A DNA stretch of 44,372 nucleotides from Chrysochromulina tobinii (Eukaryota). The notes beneath the pieces were generated by a model. That model saw only the letters and a list, made by a program, of their open reading frames with translations. It had not been told where the DNA came from and searched no databases. Shown piece after piece: positions 10,879-20,974 of this stretch (position 1 is the stretch's first letter; every line of letters starts with the position of its first letter). The position numbers were made by a program, and so were the translations under genes. The stretch lies in assembly GCA_001275005.1 (NCBI GenBank), contig JWZX01002974.1, forward strand, positions 1 through 44,372, in the 5' to 3' direction.

Positions 10879-11415
10879 TCACCAGAAGACGGAGGGCGAG
10901 GCGCTGCGGGAGGCGTTCGCGCTCGCATTGAGACTGGAAAGCGGAGAGGGCGTGTTTCGTCGTAGGTTAAAGTCGGCGCGGCGCGCGAGTGCGCGCTGCA
11001 CGCGCAATCTATCCTCGTTCCACGGGCGACTGGACTCGTCGTCGCCCATGTACTGCAGTAGCTCCTGGCTGCGCCCCGTGGGCTTGAGGAGCACCGCCGT
11101 CGAGAGTGGTGTTGACATGGGGTCCGAGGATGTTCGGCGATGACGGCGTTCGCGCTGCCAGGTTCCATCCGGGCTCGAGTGGGACGAGTGCTGCAGGACG
11201 GAGCTGACAGGTGAGGTGCTGCAAGGCGTTGAGAGGATGCCGTGTCCGGACGAGGAGATGAGGGGGCTGTGCCCATTCGGGAAGGAGACCTCATAATGGA
11301 GATCATCGATGGTGGGCAGCGTTGCGGGTGATGGAGGGCGCAGTGCCGCAGGCGAGGTCGTGACTCGAGGCACGTGTGCTAGCGGTGACGATGGGTCCTG
11401 GCGCTGGCCCGACAT
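10879..11415 (-). CDS. Hypothetical Ser/Pro-rich protein
   Basis: 178-aa ATG-initiated ORF with an AT-richer upstream stretch. No recognisable domain. Confidence 0.4.
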   Translation of the reverse strand: MSGQRQDPSSPLAHVPRVTTSPAALRPPSPATLPTIDDLHYEVSFPNGHSPLISSSGHGILSTPCSTSPVSSVLQHSSHSSPDGTWQRERRHRRTSSDPMSTPLSTAVLLKPTGRSQELLQYMGDDESSRPWNEDRLRVQRALARRADFNLRRNTPSPLSSLNASANASRSASPSVFW

Positions 11416-11677
11416 CCCGGATCGCCGAAGCAGCGTGGTTCAGAGCAAGAAGTAGAAGTTTTTTGAGTGCCCGCCGAGGGCCTGGGGGCCAAAAAGATTC
11501 CGCGACTTTTTTCGAAAGGGGAGCGGGCGACAAGCGAGCGAGGAGGCGCGGGAGCATTGTTATTCACAGTATTTCATGATCATGTTGATTCAATTTTCCG
11601 AATTCTCTGAAAAAAGCACAGTGGAGGACCCTCTGGTGGGAGCCGAGCTACTGGAACCTGGAGCACGCAGCAGGGTG

Positions 11678-13116
11678 TCAGAGCACCCGCCACACGTAAA
11701 AGCGATGCGAGCCATCCCACGATACGGGGGCTTCGACGGTGAGCTCCAGATGGAAGTCTCGCCTCTGCACTTGCGCATCGTCAGACGCGCCGTCGCGGCG
11801 GCCCAGCCCATCTGTGTAGTCGACGACCAAGCTGCCCTCTGCCAGCTCGGTGAGCAGCTTGGCACGCACCGCGCCGACGAGCGCTGCATCCCAGCACTGT
11901 GAGGCGAGCATCACGACGTCAAGCTCACGAAGGTCGCAGCCCAAGAGGTCGGCGCACTCGAAGCGTACGCCTGTGACGCGCGCCTCATGCACGATGCGCG
12001 TCGCATGCTTGACGAGCAGCGGCAGCAGCTCAATACCACGCGCCTGCCAGCCGTAGATGCATGCGCCAAATACGCACCTGTGGGGAGAGGCAAGGGGAGG
12101 GAGCCTTGGTGAGCACTTGCATGCTCGTTGCCCTCCGCCAAATACGCACAGGGAGCCATGCGACGTAATCAGACGCAATCAGACGCAATCAGACGCAATC
12201 AGACGCAATCAGACGCAATCAGACGCAATCAGCCGTAGATGCATGCGCCAAATACGCACAGGGAGCCAAGCGACGAGCCGAGCACAGCGTAGCGCACGCG
12301 CTGCCCGAACGCCGTGCGGGGCGCGAGGCAAGGCCTGAGCTGCTCGAAGAGTAAGAGCCAGCTGCGCAGCGGCGTCGAGCCATACGCAAAGTTGTCACGC
12401 GAGTAACCCGTGGCTCTCGCCAGCTGCAGCTGTGTGGCCAAGAGCTCCGCCTGGAAGGTCCAATCCTCCTCCGTGGCTCGCATGAGGCGCAGCGCGTGCC
12501 GTAGCGGCGCCGGCTGCGAGACGGCGGGCATGCCTCCTCCGTCCGCGCCACCGCGCAGCAGATTGGTCAGCGCCTGCGCCTCGTCGCGCAGCATCTCGTC
12601 GCGTGGCAACGGACCACGCCTGCCCGCCTCGTCGACCGCGCGCTCGTCGAGCATCCGGTGCGCAAGCCGCGCCTCTGCGGCGAGCTCCAGGCACGCTCGC
12701 GTCTCAGCAGCGCTCGGCGTGCTCTGGCGATGCTCTGCGGCAAGCACCGGAGCAGCATCACTGTAAATGCTGGGGCCGGTGCTCTGCAGCAGGAGCAAGA
12801 GGTCGCGGTCTATCAAAAATCGCGCCTCCGCGAGTGCCAGCAGCGCTCGTTGCTGGATGCTCCGCAGCTTGCGCAGCCGCTCGGATATCGTCGTCAAGTC
12901 GCACTGTGGCTTTGTTGCACACGCCTCGTATGCCTGGCCCAGAGCTCGAGCACGCGCTGCATGCGAGGCCAGCTTGCTCAACACTTCGCGCTGCGCGCGG
13001 ATGCGCCGCCGCAGCACCACACGCCTGACGAATCGTGGTAGAATCGTCACAGCTGCTATCACGCCAACAGCGACGACAGCCACGAGTGACGCTGTCCTCA
13101 CGCTAGACGCCCGCAT
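11678..13116 (-). CDS. N-terminally membrane-anchored 7-beta-strand methyltransferase (DOT1/FAM173-like); 2 exons (12260-13116, 11678-12077)
   Basis: A 182-nt GT-AG intron (12078-12259, polypyrimidine acceptor ...cctctccccacag) joins ORFs 12229-13116 and 11678-12178 in frame. Motifs: NFAYGSTP, VLGSSLG, GIELLP, FECADLL and LAEGSLVVDY. Hydrophobic N-terminal helix SLVAVVAVGVIAAVTIL. Confidence 0.7.
12167..12230. repeat. Intronic decanucleotide repeat (AGACGCAATC)x6
   Basis: Six perfect copies at 12171-12230, inside the intron. Confidence 0.95.
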
Positions 13117-13259
13117 GCGTGAAATGACGAAACCTTAAAAGCATTTTTTCTCGAAACCTCAGCTTTAAGGCATCGCGAGCTTCAAGAGAGGTCGCGAAAG
13201 ATTGTGTGGTCCGCGTTTCGTCACTTCGGGTCCTCCGCGGTTTGCGAACCTCTCTTCCG

Positions 13260-16200
13260 ATGAGCGACGACCAGCACCAATTACGCATCGAGATCGTCTC
13301 GCATCGCATCGTGCCGCAAAGTGGCAAAGTTGCCGCATATCCCGTGTACACCGTGCAGACGCTCACACATATCCCGGGATTTGTGTACCGAGTGGAGCGG
13401 CGTTGGAGCGAGCTGAGGGCGTTGCACACTCAGCTCTGGACTGAGTGGAAGCCGCAGCTCCTCCGCTCTGGTCTGAAAGCGCCAGAGTTTTGGCAACACT
13501 CGTACGGCAAGGGGCACCTCAACGAAAAGTTGCTGCGCCGTCGGGAGCGCGACATGGAGGTGCAGCTCACATACTTTGCGCAAGCGTTACAGCTACGCAT
13601 AGAAGCGGCAGGCACGTTCTCAGGGCCGTTGTCCCTGTACCACTTCCTCACGAAGGAAAGCTACATCACTGGAGACCAGAGCACGCCATCCTCGCCCGCA
13701 TTGGTAGCCGGGTCGGATTCCGAATCGGAGGCCTCGCCGCAAATGCCGGCTGCCGCACTCCCGCTGGCGCCGATGCTGAACAGTTTCCTCAAAGATGCTG
13801 GGAACCGGATCCGGCTGGCCGGCGCGGGCGTCTCGGGCATCGCCGCGCCGATTCATGAGGGGTTGAGGATCGACCCGCCCTACCAGGGCAAGGTAATCCT
13901 GACGTCAGAGGAGCTGCAGGCTGCATGCGACGCCACCACACCGCCGACGCACTGGTACCAGCCGAGCACCGGCGGCTGGCCCTCGTGCGTGGCTGTCCAA
14001 TCTCGAAGCGGCCGTGCCTCCTGCTGCCAAGAGTGGATGAGATCACCCGCGGCAGACAGTGCTAGCGCCTCAGCGTCGATAGGTAAGGCGCTCGAGGTTG
14101 GCGTGCTCAGCGTCGAAGTGCTCGAGGCGAGCGGGTTACCAAATTTGGACAGCTTTGGTCTCACTGATTGCTATGCCCTCGTGGCCTTCGAGCACACGGT
14201 CGCGCGCACGTGCACCATCGAGAACTCGCTCGAGCCTCGCTGGCACGCCGAGGCGCCGCGGGCCTTCCGCCTGCCCATCCGCCACCCGCACTCGACTCTC
14301 TACGTCGCCTTGTTCGATGACGATCAGCTTGACACGCCTCTGGGCGCCCTTACGCTCAAGGATGACGACCCGATTGGACGGGTGCTTTTACAGATCAGCA
14401 CCCTCCGTCCCGCGACCCTGATCGATGCATGGTGGCCACTGCAGCACAAGCCCTGCGGCGAGCGGCTCGGCGTGCGCGGCGCCGTGCGGCTGCGACTGAG
14501 CGTCGAGTGGTTCGGAGAGCGCACTCTTCTGCTGCACCCGGTCACGCGCCTCTATCGTTCCCTTCGCAACCCAAACGAAGATGAGAGCGGCGCGCAGCTT
14601 CGACTGCGCCACCGCCGCGCGGAGCAGGCGACACTGTACGCGCTGTACGGCGCACAGCCCGAGCGGCAGTACTCGTGGGCGGTACTACGCGAGTACCTCG
14701 CAGAAGTCGCGCGAATCCTTCTCCAGCTGAAGGCCGTGGTGCCGGCCGCGCGTGCACTGCTCTTCTGGCGAACTCCCGTGGCCTCCGCCGCCGTCTGCAT
14801 CGGCTGGCAGCTGCTCACAATCTACCCACGCTACATCCCCTCAGCGCTCGCCCTGCTAGCCGTGCAGCTCCTAAATGCCACGTACGCGCAAGCGGCGAGC
14901 GCGCCGCGTCTGCTGCAGCCGCTCCCGTTTTGGCCGCTGATGGCATCGCTGGCGGCGCCCGCTGGGTGGCGTGCCATCGCCCCGCTCGACGGGCGTACGG
15001 ATCCTCATGTCGGACCGCCCAAGCGGGTCGCGTCGCGACGAAACCGGCTTGCAGACAAGGGGACGACGGCAGTCCAGAGCGTGTGGAAAGGCACGAAGGC
15101 GACGGGGCTCGGCACACTACACGTGGGCCAGGCTACCGTTCGCGCCGGAGTGGCGCTCTCGAAGCAGGCGAAGCAGGCGAGAGCGTCGGTGTGCGACTCG
15201 GCGCGCCGTCGCGGCCGTCGGCTGACCGATGGTCAGCCCACCGACACGCTCCATAGAGAGGCTGAGGGTGTTCATCTTGGCGCCCATGGCGGCGACGAAC
15301 ATGAATCTGAGTTTTCTGCCTGCGCACGCGACGCGCTGCTCATCGCGCCGCCTGCGTCGCCGCCTACTTCGCTTACCAAGTACTCGAGCGGGCGTGAAGC
15401 AGCGCTCGCGGCGCTCGCGGCTATGAAAGCGGGCGAGCGCCCACTCACGCCGCCCCCTTTTGAGCATGACGAGGCTCTGTCAGACGACGATGAGAGCGAG
15501 GGTGGCGCGGGCGGCTGCGACGGGGGCAGTGTGGGCGCCGGCGACACGCCAGCCGACGCGCCAGCCGACACGAACGACACGGCGCTCGACGACGAGGCGG
15601 CCATTACGGAGGTGACGATGATCTATCGCAGCGTGCGCGGATTGGGGGGCGCGTTGTGGCAAAAGGCCAAGGAGAGCCTCCGGCAGCTTCTGCCTCCTAG
15701 CCAGCGTACTGGCCGTCGTGGAAGATCCCGTCGAGGAAACGCTGCACGTCGAGCCTTTTCGGCCGCTTGCTCATTCACAGCGGCACTGGATGTGAATGCG
15801 CTCAACCCGGCGGCGTGGGTCCTGGGGCCGGTGCAGGTGCTTCTCGGCGACCTTTTGCACCGGTACGCGAGCGTGCATCGCCTGCTTACGTGGCGCGACG
15901 GCGCGACGGCACCGCTGTATCTGCTCCTCCTCCTGATAAGCTTCATGCTCGCCCTGGTGCCATGGGACGTTATCGTGCCCTTTTGCATGCGCTGGGGCGT
16001 GCGCCTCGTCGGGCTCGGCTTGCTCGGCCCACACATGCATCACGTCGGCACGCTGGTGGAGCAGCTCGAGGCCGCCAAGATGGCGGAAGAGGCGGCGGCC
16101 AAGGCCAAGGCCGTCCCAGAGCGCCGTGATGAGCGCCGAGCTCAAGGCGACGCATCCTTCTTCACATCAGTCTCTCCCTCGAGCCACACAACCGACAGCA

Positions 16201-16400
16201 CAATGGGTGCCGGGTCGTCGGTGGCTGCCGAGGGGCCTGGAAGTGCCGACGAGGACGACTCCGAGGAGGCTTACCTCGTGTGCATCGAAAGCTTCCGCTC
16301 AGTGCCTAGGCGCCCTTGCCTACCCTATGTGCAGTGCACGCACAGCTTTCAGTCTTTGCGTGCTTCTACAGCGTCACCCGCAGCATCAGCTCCTCCGTAA
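13260..16400 (+). CDS. PX domain + C2 domain + C-terminal transmembrane protein (MCTP-like architecture)
   Basis: PX-like VYTVQT...VERRWSELRALHTQL...LLRRRERDME; C2 LSVEVLEASGLPNLDSFGLTDCYALV...LEPRW...LYVALFDDD...DDDPIGRV; two hydrophobic blocks, LLFWRTP..AVCIGWQLL and LLTWRD...LYLLLLLISFMLALVPW. First in-frame ATG is at 13260. Confidence 0.8.
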   Translation: MSDDQHQLRIEIVSHRIVPQSGKVAAYPVYTVQTLTHIPGFVYRVERRWSELRALHTQLWTEWKPQLLRSGLKAPEFWQHSYGKGHLNEKLLRRRERDMEVQLTYFAQALQLRIEAAGTFSGPLSLYHFLTKESYITGDQSTPSSPALVAGSDSESEASPQMPAAALPLAPMLNSFLKDAGNRIRLAGAGVSGIAAPIHEGLRIDPPYQGKVILTSEELQAACDATTPPTHWYQPSTGGWPSCVAVQSRSGRASCCQEWMRSPAADSASASASIGKALEVGVLSVEVLEASGLPNLDSFGLTDCYALVAFEHTVARTCTIENSLEPRWHAEAPRAFRLPIRHPHSTLYVALFDDDQLDTPLGALTLKDDDPIGRVLLQISTLRPATLIDAWWPLQHKPCGERLGVRGAVRLRLSVEWFGERTLLLHPVTRLYRSLRNPNEDESGAQLRLRHRRAEQATLYALYGAQPERQYSWAVLREYLAEVARILLQLKAVVPAARALLFWRTPVASAAVCIGWQLLTIYPRYIPSALALLAVQLLNATYAQAASAPRLLQPLPFWPLMASLAAPAGWRAIAPLDGRTDPHVGPPKRVASRRNRLADKGTTAVQSVWKGTKATGLGTLHVGQATVRAGVALSKQAKQARASVCDSARRRGRRLTDGQPTDTLHREAEGVHLGAHGGDEHESEFSACARDALLIAPPASPPTSLTKYSSGREAALAALAAMKAGERPLTPPPFEHDEALSDDDESEGGAGGCDGGSVGAGDTPADAPADTNDTALDDEAAITEVTMIYRSVRGLGGALWQKAKESLRQLLPPSQRTGRRGRSRRGNAARRAFSAACSFTAALDVNALNPAAWVLGPVQVLLGDLLHRYASVHRLLTWRDGATAPLYLLLLLISFMLALVPWDVIVPFCMRWGVRLVGLGLLGPHMHHVGTLVEQLEAAKMAEEAAAKAKAVPERRDERRAQGDASFFTSVSPSSHTTDSTMGAGSSVAAEGPGSADEDDSEEAYLVCIESFRSVPRRPCLPYVQCTHSFQSLRASTASPAASAPP

Positions 16401-16463
16401 TTTAAATAGTTTCAAGTCGTGAATGGTATTCTTAACTGCGATACTGTAGTGACGAGATAGTTG

Positions 16464-18197
16464 TCAACATGAAGAATCGTCCTCACGACCGCGGTCTTCA
16501 TATCTTTCTTGACAATCTCCGGGTGCGGCGTGCGCGTCCAAGTTGCTAGGTGGCATTGGAATCGACTGTGCGTACTCGACTTCTTCAGCTCGAGTTGCGT
16601 CGCCTTGAGCTCGGCGCTCATCACGGCGCTCTGAGGCCGCCGTAGGCTTGCGTTGCATCGCCTGAAGCGTGTGGGCGTCAGCTCGCAAGTAACGAGGAGG
16701 GATCTCGAGCTTCGTGATCTCGAGCTCCGTGGACAGTGCGCCAGACTGGTCGGCCTCGGCGCCCCCTCCAAGCACGCCACGTCGGCCGTTGGGGAGCGGC
16801 CGGTCGTCTTTCGTCAAGAGTTGTGCACGCGCTTCCTCGAGCGTCTGTGACCGGTCGTGTTTCGTCCAGAGTTGCGCACACGCTTCCTCAAGCGTCTGCA
16901 CTCGCGTGTCTGCGATGTAGAGGCGCAGCTGGAGCGCCTGGAGCCTCATGCCCTCGCGCTCCTGCGCCGCGCGCAGAGCGCTCTCGAGTGCCACCTGATG
17001 TGCCGCGTGGGCGGATGCGAGCGCGTGCTCATGAGCGGATTCACACTCCCGTAGAGCGTTACGTAGCTCATGAATCTGCCGCAGCAGGCTTTGTCTTTCG
17101 TCCTCCTGCCCGTCGTCCCGCTGCACGTAGCCGGGCTGACCGTTCTCGACCAGGCCGGCGGGCGGCACAGCGGACGGCGCGGCGGGCGGAGGAGCTGCGG
17201 GCATAGCAGTAAGCGAGCCCCTCTCGGTCGCTCTGCCCACCCCAAGCGCCCAGGACGGCGCTGTGTGCTGGGGACACGTAGGCGTCGTCCTGGGCGCTGT
17301 CTTCAGATGCTGCTCGGCCTGCTCGGTGGCCTCGCTCGCGGGGGCGCAGGCGGCGTCGCTCGATGCTGCCGCGGGCGCCACCTCGGCCTCAGCCTTCGCA
17401 GCGACACCGTCGGTAGGCGCGCGTGGCGGCACAGACGGCGGCGATGACGGCGGCACAGACGGCGGCGCAGACGGCGGCGCAGACGGCGGCGCAGTTTCCG
17501 AGACTCGATGCGCCCGCCGCGGCGTCGGCGCTTTGCTCACGACTGTCCACTCCTCGGCGCGGTACTCGCCCAGTGCCACGCCGCGCGCCGCTGTTAACTC
17601 ATCCAAGGTTTCAAGGGCCGTCGCTCGCGCCGTCGGTCCTACGAAGCGGCAAGCGTTGGCACCACCCCGCCCTCCGGTGCGAGCAGTGCCTGCCGCGAGC
17701 TGGGAACGCTCGTCCGTCACGCCCGCCGTGGGCTTCTTGGTCGGGTCGGCCTGTGCAATACGCTTCTTGGCCGTCTTCCTCGCCGCAGCCGCCGCCGCCG
17801 CCGCCGCCTCACACTCAAGCATTGCAAGGAGCTCAGCCACAGCTGCCGCCGCACGGGCCTCAGCTGCCGCCGCACAGGCCTCGGAGGAAGCGACAGCGGA
17901 AGGCGCAGCCACCTGCTGGGGTTCGATAGCTGGTTCACTAGCGTCGGAGCTCATCGGCGGTGGCACTAGCAACGGCGTGAGCTTGAACAGGCGAGGTGCT
18001 GGCGACTTTGCACCACTCACAGCGGCGTGGTATGCGAGCTGGGCGCGGGCAAAGGTGTTATCCTCCTCTTTGGTAAACGGGGCCATTCGGCCGGGGCGCA
18101 CGCACAGTGAGGCGAGGTGCACGAGCACCGGGTCCACACCAAAAGCACGCTGCGCCGCCGTGAGAGGAATAGCCACGCGGATGCAGTTATCCGACAT
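16464..18197 (-). CDS. Hypothetical Ala/Pro-rich protein with coiled coil
   Basis: 577-aa ATG ORF, head-to-head with the RING gene (119-bp gap). Coiled coil SLLRQIHELRNALRE...LQALQLRLYIADTRVQTLEEA. 12-bp repeats at ~17425-17490. Confidence 0.6.
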   Translation of the reverse strand: MSDNCIRVAIPLTAAQRAFGVDPVLVHLASLCVRPGRMAPFTKEEDNTFARAQLAYHAAVSGAKSPAPRLFKLTPLLVPPPMSSDASEPAIEPQQVAAPSAVASSEACAAAAEARAAAAVAELLAMLECEAAAAAAAAARKTAKKRIAQADPTKKPTAGVTDERSQLAAGTARTGGRGGANACRFVGPTARATALETLDELTAARGVALGEYRAEEWTVVSKAPTPRRAHRVSETAPPSAPPSAPPSVPPSSPPSVPPRAPTDGVAAKAEAEVAPAAASSDAACAPASEATEQAEQHLKTAPRTTPTCPQHTAPSWALGVGRATERGSLTAMPAAPPPAAPSAVPPAGLVENGQPGYVQRDDGQEDERQSLLRQIHELRNALRECESAHEHALASAHAAHQVALESALRAAQEREGMRLQALQLRLYIADTRVQTLEEACAQLWTKHDRSQTLEEARAQLLTKDDRPLPNGRRGVLGGGAEADQSGALSTELEITKLEIPPRYLRADAHTLQAMQRKPTAASERRDERRAQGDATRAEEVEYAQSIPMPPSNLDAHAAPGDCQERYEDRGREDDSSC

Positions 18198-18316
18198 TTA
18201 CTAAGGTTGTGAATGTGAATGTGTGTCTGTGACGAAAGTCGGACGACCTCTGCAGACCTCAAGAGCAGCCGGCCGAGTATTCACAGCCAGTTCACACTCC
18301 TACACGGGGAGTCGCA

Positions 18317-19435
18317 ATGGATCAGCCCTCGCGAGACCTACTGGCGGCCCGGCAGCGAGCCTGGATGCAGCAGCGCCAGGCCGAGCTGGACCGGAAGAAG
18401 GCTGAACAATCACTTGGGCTCACAAGCGGCACTGCGAGCGCTGCCACGAGCAGAGGATCCAACGGCGGCGCCGTGGCAAATCAGGCGGAGATTGATGCAA
18501 GTAGAAGCGCGGCCAATAACTGCGCGGTTCTCGATCGGATCACCGAGCAAATCACCGAGCGGCTGCTGGTGCAGGTGAGACACGAGAATGCTCGGATCAT
18601 GCAGGACGGCGCAGTGGGGGCGCAGGTTGAGGCGCTGCTGGAGCGGCACATTGGGACGAACACGTGCCCCATCTGCTATGAGCTGATGGCCGGCAAGGAG
18701 CGCCAGCCGACGCTGCTCTTCCCGTGCGGCCACACGTTCTGCGCGAGCTGCTTGCGCCAGCATCTGGAGAAGCTGCAGCGCAAGACGTGCCCCTTTTGCC
18801 GAGAGACGGTTTCGTCGCAAGCGCCCAACGTGTCGCTCCAGCAGATCATCGATGGGTTTGTGGAGAGGCAGCAGGTGCTTGCGCGCGGTGAGGTGCTCCC
18901 CGAGCTGATCCAGGGCCAGGAAGCGGTGGCTCAGCAGCACCAGCATCAGCCGCCCCCGCAGCCCCCAAACCAGCACGCGCACGCGCACGCGACGCAGCGG
19001 CTGCTGCTGCCTCCGGGGCTGCTGCCTTCGGAGGAGGAGGCCGCCCAGCGCTACGCTGAGCAGTACCGCGTCTTCTCAATGCGCAGCCGCGTAATGGCCA
19101 ACCAGCTGCACGATTCGCGCGCCGAGGCCGCCGCGCTGCGCAAGCAACGGCAGACTGCCGAGACGGTGCTGGCCCACCTGCACCGTGAGGAAGCCGACGC
19201 GGCCGCACGGCTCGAGGCGGCACGGCTCGAGCTCGAAGTGATCCGCACGCAGCTGGCCGAGCAGGCGGACAAGTGCGCGCAGGTGGACATGCAGCAGGCG
19301 GAGCTTGAGCAGATGGCCACTCTCGTCGAACAAACGCAGAGCTCGATCGAGCTCGAGAGGCAGAAGGCGCTGCTCCTCGTGCACAACTTTGCGCCAGTGC
19401 TCGCCGAGGAGCTGCGTCGCGAGTTTGCCGAGTGA
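18317..19435 (+). CDS. RING-finger (C3HC4) E3 ligase with coiled coils
   Basis: CPICYELM...LFPCGHTFCASCL...CPFC followed by PNVSLQQII, and a long C-terminal coiled coil. Confidence 0.88.
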   Translation: MDQPSRDLLAARQRAWMQQRQAELDRKKAEQSLGLTSGTASAATSRGSNGGAVANQAEIDASRSAANNCAVLDRITEQITERLLVQVRHENARIMQDGAVGAQVEALLERHIGTNTCPICYELMAGKERQPTLLFPCGHTFCASCLRQHLEKLQRKTCPFCRETVSSQAPNVSLQQIIDGFVERQQVLARGEVLPELIQGQEAVAQQHQHQPPPQPPNQHAHAHATQRLLLPPGLLPSEEEAAQRYAEQYRVFSMRSRVMANQLHDSRAEAAALRKQRQTAETVLAHLHREEADAAARLEAARLELEVIRTQLAEQADKCAQVDMQQAELEQMATLVEQTQSSIELERQKALLLVHNFAPVLAEELRREFAE

Positions 19436-19806
19436 GCCAAGCAGCGGTCTTCGGCTTGGGCTAGTAATGGAGCAATATTTTAGTGTTTTCTGGTCACAAA
19501 ATAGTATTTTCTGGTCGCACTGCGCGGACTGTGACCGAAATCCCACCAGTCGACGACCCCACCAGCGACGACGAGCGTTCCAGCTTCCACTGAGCGATGG
19601 GTCTCGCCGCACGCTCTGCTCGCTTTTGCTCGCTGGCCGGGCATCTGAGAATTAGTGCGGTGCGGTTTCTGTCCGGCTCCGCTCTCCGCCCGCATGTGCG
19701 GAGGTGCGCACACATCCTTTCCCTTTGAGCTATGTCATCTTTCGTAGTCACATGGGAACTACATGCTCTCGCCGCACGCCAATGTGTGTGAGAAGTGGCA
19801 TTGCTC

Positions 19807-20793
19807 TCAGAATGTGCCGCCCCACGCGAAGCCTGCAGGCGCGGGTGATGCCTTGTCATCTACTGCTGATGCCTTGCGCTTCAGCTCGGCCTGCAGCTCC
19901 TCAATCATCGCCACGTACTTGTCGTCCCGAAGATTGGCTCTGTTGGCGAAAATGCGCTCCTACTTACCTGTAATCGACCCGAAGAGTCCCGGACTTTTCC
20001 CGGCAAGGATTGCATCCTTGATCCGAGCCCATGTGGATGCTTTCTGCGTCGATTTGGCATCGACGCCGCTCGGGAACGCGACTTTCTGCGTCGAGCCCTT
20101 CTCGTCGTGAAGCCACTCGGGGACACATACATCTTCTACGCCCATATCAGGCATCGCCTGGGCCTGCAGTGCGTCCAGCTGCTTGTGCAGCTCTGTGATC
20201 TGCGCCTGAAGCCGCTTGATCTCCGGCATATGCGCCGCGTAGATACCCGTGGTGGCCATCAGTAGCGAGCGCTGGCTCACGCTGCGCTCGAGCTCGAGAA
20301 TCGACTTCGTTAATCGAGCCAGATGTGCCTGGTGGGCATCCCACGGCTGGTCCCGGTTCGACGCCTCCATTGCCCGCAAGAAATCTGTGCACTCGAGGTC
20401 CTTGGCCCAGACCTTAGCGCGGTACCGCGGCACCTTCTCGGTCTGTTCCTTCTCAAGCTCCGATGCGGGGCTCCACGTGGAAGCGAGCAGCCCGTTCCAC
20501 AGATCGCCTCGATTGATTGCTCCGTCTGGATTCATGGAGGCTCCGCTGCCGGCATCCGCGATCTCTTCGTGGGTGTGGCGTCGAGCAAGACGTCTCCCGG
20601 GAGGGTTTATTGGCACCGGCCTGCTCGTGCTCGAGGAAGGTTCGGATCGGTGATGGACGTGTACAGTGTACAGGAACTGTTCTCGTTCGCTGAGGTTGGG
20701 TGACGCCTCCAGCATGGGCGTGGCGACGCAGTTGGGTGACAACGTTGGGTTAAGCTTTGCAGCGTGAGAGCCGATCGTGAGTCCGCACGACAT
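19807..20793 (-). CDS. Hypothetical coiled-coil protein; frame interrupted by TAG at 19960-19962 but continuing to TGA at 19807
   Basis: ORF 19960-20892 has a coiled coil (EIKRLQAQITELHKQLDALQAQ). The same frame continues after the TAG as ERIFANRANLRDDKYVAMIEELQAELKRKA...PAPAGFAWGGTF*. The start codon is uncertain. Confidence 0.5.
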
Positions 20794-20974
20794 GATTGCC
20801 AGGACGGCACGCGGGAATTCGACGTGTTTGACGAAGGCACCCCAGTTTTGACGAAAGAGTAACGAACGAAAGATTCCCGGAAGGCGCCCCACAACTCAGT
20901 TCATGTATTCAAACTGAAGCGAGAGTGTTTTTCTTCCAACTTAACATGACGAACCGCACCCCCAACAGTGTTTT

